Source: Candidatus Zixiibacteriota bacterium (GTDB taxonomy: Bacteria > RBG-13-66-14 > B26-G2 > WVWN01). Taken from it: a stretch of 64,000 bases of DNA. Position 1 is the first letter of the stretch; each line of letters begins with the position of its first letter. This document shows positions 18,797 to 28,002 of the stretch, piece after piece. The translations under genes were made by a program, and so were the position numbers. Under the pieces are notes generated by a model. It was not told the origin of the DNA, did not search any database, and worked only from the letters and a program-made list of their open reading frames with translations. The stretch spans positions 1 to 64,000 of the forward strand of contig JASFLY010000002.1 of the NCBI GenBank assembly GCA_050117845.1, given 5' to 3'.

Positions 18797-19684
18797 ATGA
18801 CCGCGCGTATTAAAGGAGAAACCGGAAGAGCCGTCGTCGCCGGCGCTACCGGATACCTTGGGAAATTCGTCGTCCGGGCGCTTCACCGGCGCGGCTATAA
18901 CGTACGTGCACTGGCCCGCGACGCCGAACGCCTGGCGGACGCGAAGGACTCCTGCGACGAGGTCTTCGTGGCCCGGGCTACAGAGAGGGAAAGTCTGGAG
19001 GGGCTTTTCGACGGCGCCGAATCGGCCTTCTCCTCCATCGGCGTCCGTCATCTCAAAAGGAAACCGACGTACGAACAGGTCGACTTCCGGGCGAACGCCA
19101 ACCTCGTCGAGGCCGCGGCGGCCGCCGGCGTGAAGAGGTTCGTTTTCGTCTCCGTCCTCGACGGCGCCGACCTTCGACGACAATCGCCGTTGGTGGACGC
19201 CCGCGAACGTGTGGTCGACATCCTCAAGAAATCGAGCATGGAAGCGGTAATCCTCCGACCCACCGGGTTTTTCAACGATATGGCGGACGTTTTCCGAATG
19301 GCCCGGAAGGGTAAGGTCTGGTTAGTCGGGTCCGGCAAGACGAAGATCAACCCGATCCACGGCGCCGACCTGGCGGAGGTCGCCGCCGACGCGCTTGACG
19401 CGGAATCCCCGGATGAAGAAATACCCGCGGGCGGCCCCGACGTGTTCTCCCAAATCGAGATAGCGGACTTGGCCTTCAGTGTCCTCGGCCGACAGCCGCG
19501 CTACGGCCGGGTATCGCCGGGGCTAATTAGGTTCCTGGCGGCGGCAATCAGGCCGTTCAATAAAAACGTCTCGGCCCTCGCGATGATGTTCTCCGCGCTC
19601 GGCGACCGGGACGGCGTCGCCCCCTGTTTCGGCGAAAACCGCCTCCCGGCGTTTTTCGAAAGCTTGGCCCGAAACGACGCGTAA
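18797..19684 (+). CDS. NAD(P)-binding SDR/NmrA-type oxidoreductase
   Basis: VAGATGYLG, VDFRAN.NL, LRPTGFFND, NPIHGADLA, GGPD. Confidence 0.85.
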   Translation: MTARIKGETGRAVVAGATGYLGKFVVRALHRRGYNVRALARDAERLADAKDSCDEVFVARATERESLEGLFDGAESAFSSIGVRHLKRKPTYEQVDFRANANLVEAAAAAGVKRFVFVSVLDGADLRRQSPLVDARERVVDILKKSSMEAVILRPTGFFNDMADVFRMARKGKVWLVGSGKTKINPIHGADLAEVAADALDAESPDEEIPAGGPDVFSQIEIADLAFSVLGRQPRYGRVSPGLIRFLAAAIRPFNKNVSALAMMFSALGDRDGVAPCFGENRLPAFFESLARNDA

Positions 19685-19780
19685 CGGACCGTACGTTTTC
19701 CGACTTAACGCCGGTATAAACCCTCCGAGTAAACGCCGTTCTATTCTTCCTTAATGAAATCGCAACAAAAGGCCGGGACC

Positions 19781-20947
19781 ATGAAAAAGTACTTAGTCTT
19801 AATCGCCTCTATCCTTATTCAAACCTGCCTGGGCGGCATCTACGCCTGGAGCGTGTTCGCGCCCTCCCTCCACGGCGACTTCGGCCTGTCGATGGGCGCG
19901 ACCCAGCTCATCTTCGGCATCTGCATCGCCTCGTTCACCATCGCGATGATATTCGCGGGCCGCTGGCAGGAGAAACGTGGTCCCCGCCTCGTCGCCGCCA
20001 TCGGCGGCGTTCTCTTCGCCGCCGGGTACGTCATCGCCTCCGCCTCCGGCGGTAACCTGTTCCTGCTTATTTTGGGAATCGGCGTCGTCGCGGGCGCGGG
20101 CATCGGCTTCGGCTACGTATGCCCCATCGCCACCTGCATCAAGTGGTTCCCCAAGCAGAAGGGCTTCGTCACCGGCCTCGCGGTCGCGGGGTTCGGCGGC
20201 GGCGCGGTCCTGCTCTCGTCGCTGGCCTCGGCCCTCTTCGGAGCCGGCCAGGGCGTCCTCGAGATATTTCGTTTCGTCGGCCTGGTGTACGGCGCGGCTA
20301 TCGTACTCTCGGCCCTGCTGCTCTTCGTCCCCGAAGGCGCCGCGGAGGCGGCGAAGAAGCAGGCCGGCCTCGCGGCCGGGGCACTCTTCCGTGACGGCCG
20401 CTATTGGCTGCTCCTGGGCGGCATGTTCGCCGGGACCTTCGCGGGCCTCTTGACCATCGGCAACCTTAAGCCCATCGGCCTGGCGGGCGGCGTGGCCGCC
20501 GGCCTGGCGACGACGGCCATAAGCTCGCTGGCCATCGGCAACGCCTGCGGCCGTATCCTGTGGGGCGTCATCTCGGACAAGATTCAGGGCAAGGCCATCC
20601 CGCTCTCGCTGGCGTTCCTGACGCTCGCGGTGGTGGCGTTGGTCCCGCTCTCGCATTCCGGATGGGCCTTCGTCGCGACCGCCTTCGCCATCGGCTTCGG
20701 CTTCGGCTCCTGCTTCGTACTCTACGCCGCGGCGGTGGCGCACGTCTTCGGCCCGGGCGAGGTGGGCCGGAGTTACCCGCTGGTCTTCCTCGCGTACGGC
20801 ATATCGGGGACGTTGGGCCCCGCGTTCGGCGGCCGCCTCTTCGACGTCACCGGCGGCTACACCGCGGCGCTGGTGGTGGCGGCGGCGCTGGCCGCGGCGG
20901 GCGCTCTGGCGTACGTGCTATTCGGCCGGAAGTTGAACCCCGCTTAG
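19781..20947 (+). CDS. OFA-family MFS transporter
   Basis: GGIYAWSVF, GIGFGYVCP..TCIKWFP..KG..TGLAVAGFGGG, NACGRILWG.ISDK; 12 TM segments. Confidence 0.88.
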   Translation: MKKYLVLIASILIQTCLGGIYAWSVFAPSLHGDFGLSMGATQLIFGICIASFTIAMIFAGRWQEKRGPRLVAAIGGVLFAAGYVIASASGGNLFLLILGIGVVAGAGIGFGYVCPIATCIKWFPKQKGFVTGLAVAGFGGGAVLLSSLASALFGAGQGVLEIFRFVGLVYGAAIVLSALLLFVPEGAAEAAKKQAGLAAGALFRDGRYWLLLGGMFAGTFAGLLTIGNLKPIGLAGGVAAGLATTAISSLAIGNACGRILWGVISDKIQGKAIPLSLAFLTLAVVALVPLSHSGWAFVATAFAIGFGFGSCFVLYAAAVAHVFGPGEVGRSYPLVFLAYGISGTLGPAFGGRLFDVTGGYTAALVVAAALAAAGALAYVLFGRKLNPA

Positions 20948-21027
20948 TCCCCCCCTCTATGAATATTAGAAAGCGCCCCGTTCGGGGCGCTTTTTATCTA
21001 CTACATACCGAAGCGGCCGGAGCAGTG

Positions 21028-21081
21028 GTGGGGCCGACGTTCCTGTCGGCCACTAACGCCAGGCAGGAATGCCTGGCCCAC
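21028..21081. repeat. Inverted pair of REP-like palindromes (REPIN-like)
   Basis: GTGGGGCCGACGTTCCTGTCGGCC followed by the reverse complement of GTGGGCCAGGCATTCCTGCCTGGC. Confidence 0.6.
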
Positions 21082-21118
21082 CATTTAACCGCCGGTTTCA
21101 ACCGGCGGCTAATCCCGG

Positions 21119-21184
21119 AGGGCGACCCCGCAGCCGGCGAGCGAAGCGAGCCGCGTGAGGAGGCGCCCGGAGGCCGCGGCGGCC
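21119..21184. repeat. 66-bp direct repeat, copy 1
   Basis: AGGGCGACCCCGCAGCCGGCGAGCGAAGCGAGCCGCGTGAGGAGGCGCCCGGAGGCCGCGGCGGCC, identical to 22403-22468. Confidence 0.9.
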
Positions 21185-21193
21185 AAGGGATGT

Positions 21194-22141
21194 TTATCGG
21201 TCTGAGTAAAAGTCATAGAGCGTACGCGCCGTTTCCGCTATGGCGCGATCCCGATACTCCGGCTCCGTCGTACTGCCCTTCGTGAAAACGGCGACGATTA
21301 TGCGCCGGCCGTCCGGCAAGGTGACGTATCCCACGTCGTTGGCGGTGCCGCCGATGGTCCCCGTCTTATGCGCGACCGGCGTCCCCGGGGGAAGCATGCC
21401 CTTCAACCGCTCCTTGCCGGTACGGGTGCGCGACATGGAGCCCAGGATAAAGTCCCGGCTCTCCGCGCTGAGCGCCGTCCCGTTATCTATGGCGAGGAGC
21501 AGCTCCAACATGGCCATAGGCGTCGAATGGTCGCGGGGGTCGTCCTCGAACGCCGGGTCCCTATCGTCCTCGCCCGACGGTTCGGCGTAATCCCGTATGG
21601 CCTCCTCGGTATCCCTATCGATGCGCAGACCTTCTATTCCCATATCGACCAGGTACGCCGTTACGGCCGCCGGCCCCCCCGCGAGTTCGACCAGTATGTC
21701 GGCCGCCGTGTTATCGCTTTCGGTGATCATCACTTCAATCATATTGGCCAGCGACAGTTTTAATCCGGGGTGCACGAAATTCCGCGCCAGGATGAAACTC
21801 CCGTTCACGTACATGTCGGGCGTGACGTCGATTATCTGATCGAGCCGCAACTCCCCCTTGTCGACGCGGGCGAGGATGGCGGCGGCGACCGCGACTTTGA
21901 ACGTGCTGGCCAGGGGGAACGACTCGTCGCCGTTCAACGAAATGACGGTATCGTCGCCCGGTATCGTGGCCGCGAAACCGAGTTCGCCAACAAGGCCGTC
22001 CGTTATGTATTCGATACGTTCCGCCACCTTGGCGGCTTCGCCGCTGTCCGGCGGCGAGTAGTCCGCGTCCGCGAGCACGGCCGGCGCGGCCGCGACCCAA
22101 GAGAGAGCCAAAATTCCCAATAACTTGCCTGATAATTTCAT
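21194..22141 (-). CDS. Class A beta-lactamase-like serine hydrolase
   Basis: Signal peptide, FPLASTFK (SxxK), SDN, DPRD.STP, HKTGT, NDVG; position 166 reads T instead of E. Confidence 0.85.
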   Translation of the reverse strand: MKLSGKLLGILALSWVAAAPAVLADADYSPPDSGEAAKVAERIEYITDGLVGELGFAATIPGDDTVISLNGDESFPLASTFKVAVAAAILARVDKGELRLDQIIDVTPDMYVNGSFILARNFVHPGLKLSLANMIEVMITESDNTAADILVELAGGPAAVTAYLVDMGIEGLRIDRDTEEAIRDYAEPSGEDDRDPAFEDDPRDHSTPMAMLELLLAIDNGTALSAESRDFILGSMSRTRTGKERLKGMLPPGTPVAHKTGTIGGTANDVGYVTLPDGRRIIVAVFTKGSTTEPEYRDRAIAETARTLYDFYSDR

Positions 22142-22402
22142 TCCTTCTCCCTGGTTGGCTGGAAGGCGGCCAACACGAGCCGCCGTCAATTCATATTAAA
22201 ACGCCGGCTACGCCGGCGGCAAGGCGGGTTGACCTGAAGGTCGGTCCCCGCGAAAATGCCGTGTTATCGTCGGCGCCGGTTTTTAAACCGGCGCTGTGCT
22301 CCCGCGCCGTGCGATTGCGACCGAGGCCCCGGTGTTTACGCCGGGGTAAATCACCGCCACCCCACCTACAACGCCGCGTTTACGCGGCGCTATTTTCCCC
22401 GA

Positions 22403-22468
22403 AGGGCGACCCCGCAGCCGGCGAGCGAAGCGAGCCGCGTGAGGAGGCGCCCGGAGGCCGCGGCGGCC
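22403..22468. repeat. 66-bp direct repeat, copy 2
   Basis: Identical to 21119-21184. Confidence 0.9.
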
Positions 22469-22528
22469 TACGCGAAGCGGAGGCCAAAGCGGTAAAATAA
22501 AAAGCCGTCAGGAATGTCGGTGGCACTT

Positions 22529-23203
22529 CTATTCGATATCGGCGGCGAACGCGCAAACGTAACTTATATTAATGAAGATCATCGTCGCGAGGAGGAACGA
22601 CCAGCAGGTATAGAGTATCGTGTCCGCGTCCGTCAGGCCCGGGAAGTAGCCGACGACGGCCATCTCCAGGCCTATCAGCCAACAGACGACGGCGAAGCCC
22701 AGCGCCCACGGCCAGAGCGGAGCCAGGACCCTGCGGGCGCCGGGGCCGAGCACCTTCCGCCACCAGGTCAGCGGCTTCGTCAACCTCGTGGCGTAGGCGC
22801 AGGTAACCAGGAAGAACGGGATGAAGCCGATGCCCCCTCCCACCAGTACTAACAGAACGAACGATAGCAGTAGAACTAGTACGCCATACTTTTTAACGGG
22901 GAAGAACAACGGCCAGACGAAGAAGATGAAGAAGCTCACAGCCATCGCGGCGATGCCGGTAATAAGAAAGTTCGGAATCAGCGTGAACGCGTCCTCGCTG
23001 CCGTGCACCCACCACTGCATATCTTCACCGATGGCCTGGATGCCCGCCGGGGCGCCGGTGGGCCGGTTGCCCTGCATCGCCTCGAACAGGCCGTGCTCGA
23101 AGCCGGCGAACGCCAGCAAAGCGACGACGGTCAACGTTACTATCAACGTCGCGCGGTTGGCTTTAGGCCGGGACGGGGAGTCGGTTACGGTAGGGTCGGA
23201 CAT
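22529..23203 (-). CDS. Hypothetical membrane protein
   Basis: Multiple hydrophobic segments; AGFEHGLFE..QGN and EDAFTLIPNFLITG look like conserved motifs; GGAGG RBS. Confidence 0.7.
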   Translation of the reverse strand: MSDPTVTDSPSRPKANRATLIVTLTVVALLAFAGFEHGLFEAMQGNRPTGAPAGIQAIGEDMQWWVHGSEDAFTLIPNFLITGIAAMAVSFFIFFVWPLFFPVKKYGVLVLLLSFVLLVLVGGGIGFIPFFLVTCAYATRLTKPLTWWRKVLGPGARRVLAPLWPWALGFAVVCWLIGLEMAVVGYFPGLTDADTILYTCWSFLLATMIFINISYVCAFAADIE

Positions 23204-23446
23204 TCGCGGCCTCCGGTTTCTATAATACGGGCGGGGTCCTTTTTTAGGGAATCGGTCCGCGCGGATTCTATAATACTCGCGAGCCAGGTGTCCACCCCTT
23301 TTACTTAAGCGGCCGGCTTTACGTCGGCCGCACCGCGGCGGGTATAAAACACGCCGCTACGGCTACGATAAAAAGCGCCCCGGCCGTTCGCGGAAAAAAG
23401 CCCCGCTTACGCGGGGCTTGGGGGCTTAACGTCGTACCGTATCGTA

Positions 23447-25009
23447 CTATTCCACGACGACGAATTTCTTCGCCGACGCGAAGTCGCCGGCCGTGAGACG
23501 GTATATGTATACGCCGGGGGCGAAGTCCGCGGCCGACGCGTATTCGTATTCCCCGGCGGCCAGGTCCTCATCCACGACCGTCGCTACCCGGCGGCCGGCC
23601 AGGTCGTAAACGACGAGCTCGGCGCGGCTGGGTTGCGGCAGCGCGAAGCTGAACACGGCCTTGCCCCTCGTAGGATTAGGTGCGACGCCGTAGAGCGCGA
23701 AAGCCTTCGGCCGGGAAACGCCGGCCTCGGCCACGGCGGGCCCGAACGTCGTACGGACGCCGGAGAGTTCGACCGCCTCCAACCAGTACTCGAACTCCAC
23801 ACCCGCCGTCGCCGTCACGTCGCGGTATGTGTAGGGGCTCTCGCCGGATATCGGTTCCACGTTCAAAGGTTCCCGACCGGATAGGCCCGCCCGGGCGCCC
23901 TCGTCGGCCCGGTACCGATACAGGTTATAAGTCACCGGCTCCGTCTCCGCCACGTCCCAAGTTAGCTCGACGCCCTTGGGCACCGGCCGCGCCGCGAACG
24001 TCTTCAAGCGAACGTCCGACGAATTGTTGATAGTGAAGGGCATCGACTCCACGGTCGTGTTCCCGTAGTAATCCTTGGCCTGGACGTAAAGGGTGTACGC
24101 GCCGTCGGGAAGCGCCGTGGTGTCGAAATAGTAATCCTGGTCCCCGAACTCCACGATGCCGTCGCCGTCCGTGTTGGTAACGATGAAGTAATATTCGCGC
24201 GAGCTATAATTCCCTTGGGTGTACCATATGCCCTCGCGTTTATAACACACGGTCGTCACGGTCGAGTCGGCGGGGCAAGCCCCGGTAAAGGTCACGAATT
24301 TCGTCACCGGTACCGTCCCGCCCGTACCGTCTACCCACCACTCGATATCGTACGGCACGACGTCCCAATTGGTATCGACTATCTTGTCGCCGACGTGGGC
24401 GATGATGTCCACCTGGCCCTTGACGTCGTTCGGATCCACGCGGACGGTGCTGTTGTTTTCGCAGAACGAGAACATCTGGCCGGTCTCCGCTTCCTCGAAC
24501 GTCGGCGGCTGGGTGTCGGTCCCGGGAACCATGAACTCGATGGGATTGTCCACGGCGTTATACCAGTTGCCGATTCCCGGGTAGTAACCCCGGGTGAAAT
24601 GGACGTGGTGGAAATTGGAGGTAGGCCAATCGGCCAGGTTGCCGATGCGGTCGTCCAAATTTACCGGGTCGCCCTCGACGAAAGGTATGGTGCTAAAGGT
24701 CAGGTGCCAGTACAACCACCCTTTATCCTGGCCGTTCGTATAGTTGATAACGACGCCGGTGTAGAGCGGTTCGCTTTCGCTTATCAGGACCATGTAGCCG
24801 TCGTCGACCGAGTAGCAAGGGTCGCCGGCGAGGCCCAAGCAATCCAGGCCGTCGTGGTAATAGGAGCTGCCGCCGTAATTCTGGAAATTGTAGCAGTTAT
24901 TGCCGCAAGGTTGGGGAACGTCTCCCGGGCCGAGAGGCCAACGCTCCGCAGAGGCCGCCCCGGCGAGAAGCAACGCGCCCAACGAAAGGGTTATTATTAA
25001 TTTCTTCAT
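23447..25009 (-). CDS. Secreted M23-like metallopeptidase with T9SS type A-like C-terminal sorting domain
   Basis: Signal peptide; YHDGLD (HxxxD) and HHVHF (HxH); C-terminus APNPTR...FALP...VYDLAGRRVAT...GVYIYRL..G..SAKKFVV. Confidence 0.75.
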   Translation of the reverse strand: MKKLIITLSLGALLLAGAASAERWPLGPGDVPQPCGNNCYNFQNYGGSSYYHDGLDCLGLAGDPCYSVDDGYMVLISESEPLYTGVVINYTNGQDKGWLYWHLTFSTIPFVEGDPVNLDDRIGNLADWPTSNFHHVHFTRGYYPGIGNWYNAVDNPIEFMVPGTDTQPPTFEEAETGQMFSFCENNSTVRVDPNDVKGQVDIIAHVGDKIVDTNWDVVPYDIEWWVDGTGGTVPVTKFVTFTGACPADSTVTTVCYKREGIWYTQGNYSSREYYFIVTNTDGDGIVEFGDQDYYFDTTALPDGAYTLYVQAKDYYGNTTVESMPFTINNSSDVRLKTFAARPVPKGVELTWDVAETEPVTYNLYRYRADEGARAGLSGREPLNVEPISGESPYTYRDVTATAGVEFEYWLEAVELSGVRTTFGPAVAEAGVSRPKAFALYGVAPNPTRGKAVFSFALPQPSRAELVVYDLAGRRVATVVDEDLAAGEYEYASAADFAPGVYIYRLTAGDFASAKKFVVVE

Positions 25010-25020
25010 CTTATCATCCC

Positions 25021-26025
25021 CTATCTCGTGAGCGTCGTGTGCCAGCCCTGGCCCATCACGACTATGCCGTCAGCGCCCCCCGCCGGGAGCGCTACCGCCG
25101 GCGAGGACCCGCTCGGCCGGGCCACGTTGCGTTTGACTTCCGTGATTACGCTAAAACCTTCGTCCAGCCAGGCCGCGGCCTCGACGCCGTCGAGCGACCG
25201 GTAGGCCACCGCGAACGACGCGAAGTCCGGGGAGGCCGCAAGGTCGGTTAAGGCGAACCCGGCGGGCGCTTCCCACCGGCGTCCCATCCGGCCTTCGGCC
25301 AACGATACCAGCACGACCTCGTGATGGCCGCCCACGACGGCCCGCGCACCGTCGGCGCTTACGTAAGCGAGCCGGGGGAAGTAAATGCTATGGTTCACGC
25401 GCCATAACTCGGTGGCTCCGCGGTAAAGCGCCATCCACTCGCGGCCGACCAGCAGCACGGTCTCGCCCGGCCCCGGGGCCGCGGTACGCGCGGCCGGAAG
25501 GCGATACTCCTCTTCGCCAGTGGCCGGGTCGAACACGATCGTCGCGCCGCCCAATTCGATCAGTGCCAGCTTCTCCTGTCCCGGGAAGAAGGCCGCGTCG
25601 AGCGGGGGCCCGACTTCGGCCTCGCCCGCTTTTACGCCCGACGCGGAATAGAACTCGAGAAGCGCCGGGGCCTTCGGGTCTACGTAGAACCGCGTCACGA
25701 GCACTGCGGCCCCGGAATCGGCGACGTACGCCGTTGTCGCACCGCTATCGGCAAGCGACCACAGCGTCCGGCCGGTCCCGTCGTACACGGTGACCGAACT
25801 CGCGAGCGGCATGACGCCCTCGCGAAGGGCGACGACGGCGAACGCGTCACCGTCGGGTGAAGGAAACGCGTACTCCCTGTCGCCCAACTCCCTGACGACG
25901 CCGGCCTCACTCGATACCCGGCCCTCCCATACCGCGAGATAACCGCCGTCGGCGCCGGCGTTCACCGCGGCTGTCGCCGTACCGGCGACTAGTACGGCCG
26001 CGGCCCATACAAACCTCAGCTTCAT
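25021..26025 (-). CDS. Secreted putative beta-propeller protein
   Basis: Signal peptide; SPDG, VYDGTGRTLW, FDPATGE, SADG blade-like motifs. Confidence 0.6.
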   Translation of the reverse strand: MKLRFVWAAAVLVAGTATAAVNAGADGGYLAVWEGRVSSEAGVVRELGDREYAFPSPDGDAFAVVALREGVMPLASSVTVYDGTGRTLWSLADSGATTAYVADSGAAVLVTRFYVDPKAPALLEFYSASGVKAGEAEVGPPLDAAFFPGQEKLALIELGGATIVFDPATGEEEYRLPAARTAAPGPGETVLLVGREWMALYRGATELWRVNHSIYFPRLAYVSADGARAVVGGHHEVVLVSLAEGRMGRRWEAPAGFALTDLAASPDFASFAVAYRSLDGVEAAAWLDEGFSVITEVKRNVARPSGSSPAVALPAGGADGIVVMGQGWHTTLTR

Positions 26026-26203
26026 AACCTACTCCTTGTACGTTTTACGCCCCTACCGCCCGTGACCCTCCCCGGCCGGTCGGGTATTATCAGGATAAAT
26101 ATTGTCGATATATTTTATTATATTTCCTGCGCCCCTGTCAATAAACTCTCCCGAGACGAAAAAGCGCCCCGGCGGGGCGCTCGTTACCCGTTAAGCGAAA
26201 CGT

Positions 26204-26965
26204 TCAGTCGGCGACGTAAACGACCTCGTACGTGGCGTAGACGTTCACCGTCGTCGTTACCTCGCGCGGGACGATCGTTTGGTTTTCCGTACCCATACCT
26301 CCCGTTATGTCGAACGCCGCCAAGCGCGACAATTCCCGAACCGGCGCGGCGCCGTAGTCGTAACTCATGGCCTTGAGGTCCACGATCTCGGCGCCCATCC
26401 CGGCGGCCAGGGCCTTGGCCCGACGCCGGCAATCCTCCGCCGCCCCTTCGAGCGCCTCCTCGTACTTCTCGTCGAGGTCCTTGACGATGAACTGGATGTT
26501 GCCGATGTCCTCTATCTGCGAATCGATGAGGGCGTCCAGGACGGGGCTTATCTTGTCCATGTCGTCCTGGATAATCTTAATACTGCGGTCGACGACATAC
26601 TTGTCGACCTTCGACGAATTCTCCTTGTATATCGGATAGATGGACAGCGACTCGGTGGCTATTTTCTCGCGCGGGATGCCCATCGGGAGGAGCTTGTCTA
26701 TAAGGTATCGCACCTTGAATTGGTTCTCGTCGAAGGCCTCACCGGCCTTCTTACTCTCGGTGTATATACGGGCGGAGATCATTACCTGGTCCGGGACCGT
26801 CTTCACGCGGCCGGTCCCCGTGACGTTCAACAGTACCGGCTCCTTAGCCGTTCCGCCATCCTTGAGGTAAACGTCCGGGATAGTGAAGGTAAAGGTTTCG
26901 GCGGCGGCCGTCGTGGCCAGCAGCAGCAGGATAACGATAATAGAAAACGATAAAGACTTGTTCAT
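26204..26965 (-). CDS. SIMPL domain protein (DUF541), paralog 1
   Basis: VTGTGRVKTVPD, LSIYPIY, A..LA.G.G, VYATYE; signal peptide. Confidence 0.85.
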   Translation of the reverse strand: MNKSLSFSIIVILLLLATTAAAETFTFTIPDVYLKDGGTAKEPVLLNVTGTGRVKTVPDQVMISARIYTESKKAGEAFDENQFKVRYLIDKLLPMGIPREKIATESLSIYPIYKENSSKVDKYVVDRSIKIIQDDMDKISPVLDALIDSQIEDIGNIQFIVKDLDEKYEEALEGAAEDCRRRAKALAAGMGAEIVDLKAMSYDYGAAPVRELSRLAAFDITGGMGTENQTIVPREVTTTVNVYATYEVVYVAD

Positions 26966-27005
26966 GAAGGCCTCCTAATAATTAAGTACGGTTCGCTTCC
27001 CCCGA

Positions 27006-27033
27006 TTGGACGGCGCGACGCCGAGATGGTTTA
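27006..27033 (-). promoter_or_regulatory. Candidate ECF-sigma promoter
   Basis: Minus strand TAAACC-16bp-GTCCAA upstream of SIMPL paralog 1. Confidence 0.5.
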
Positions 27034-27125
27034 AGGTGAGTCCAAGCGGAGTTACGCCCACCGCGCGGGTCGGAATAGTAAAGCGCCCCGCGATAGGGGC
27101 GCTGGTAATCGGCAGGGAGAACCGC

Positions 27126-27899
27126 TCAGTCGGCGACGTATACCACCTCGTACGTCGCGTTCACGGTCACCGTAGTTGTGACCTCGCGCGGGACGATGAC
27201 CTGATTGAATTCGTCCATCGCGCCGCCCCGCATACCGAGGCTAATCTCCGACATTTCCCGCTCCATCCTCCCGTAGTCGCCGCCGCCCATGGAATAACTC
27301 ATCGACTTCATATCCACTATCTTCGCGCCCATCCCGGCGGCCAGGACCTTGGCTCGGCGGCGGCAATCGTTGGCCGCCTCCTCCAGCGCCTCCTCGTACT
27401 TCTGGTCGAGGTCCTTGACGATGAACTGGATGTTGCCGATATCCTCAATCTGGGAATCAATGAGGGCGTCCAGGATGGGGCTTATCCTATCCATGTCGTC
27501 CTGGAAAATCTTGATGCTGCGGTCCACGACGTACTTGTCGACCTTGGACGAGTTCTCCTTGTAAATCGGATAGATGGACAGCGACTCGGTCGCGATTTTC
27601 TCGCGGGGCACGCCCGTGGGGACGAGCTTGTCTATCAGGTATCGGACTTTGAACTGATTCTCGTCGAAGGCCTCGCCGGCCTTTTTGTTTTCCGTGTATA
27701 TGCGGGCGGAAATCAGGACCTGGTCGGGAACCGTCTTGACGCGGCCGGTACCGGTCACGTTCAATAGAACCGGCTCCTTCGCCGCGCCGCCTTCTTTAAG
27801 GTATACGTCCGGGATGGTGAACGAGAACGTTTCGGCCGCGGCCGGAAGCGACGCCGCCAGCGTCGCGATGAGGGCGATTGTAAAAACCAGCTTATTCAC
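27126..27899 (-). CDS. SIMPL domain protein (DUF541), paralog 2
   Basis: Protein nearly identical to 26204-26965 over the central region; GTG start with GAGGAGG RBS. Confidence 0.85.
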   Translation of the reverse strand: MNKLVFTIALIATLAASLPAAAETFSFTIPDVYLKEGGAAKEPVLLNVTGTGRVKTVPDQVLISARIYTENKKAGEAFDENQFKVRYLIDKLVPTGVPREKIATESLSIYPIYKENSSKVDKYVVDRSIKIFQDDMDRISPILDALIDSQIEDIGNIQFIVKDLDQKYEEALEEAANDCRRRAKVLAAGMGAKIVDMKSMSYSMGGGDYGRMEREMSEISLGMRGGAMDEFNQVIVPREVTTTVTVNATYEVVYVAD

Positions 27900-27940
27900 G
27901 ATTGCCTCCTCTGGTAGCGAATTGCGTTCGGTACGTTGAA

Positions 27941-27968
27941 TTCGACAACGCCCGCCGGCGATGGTTTA
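27941..27968 (-). promoter_or_regulatory. Candidate ECF-sigma promoter
   Basis: Minus strand TAAACC-16bp-GTCGAA upstream of SIMPL paralog 2. Confidence 0.5.
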
Positions 27969-28002
27969 ACCCCGGCCTACGAACGACGCTCGTCTACCGG
28001 CG

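Noticed and set aside
18624..23400. Genomic island integrated at tRNA-Asn
   Set aside because: No integrase and no duplicated tRNA 3' end was found by eye.
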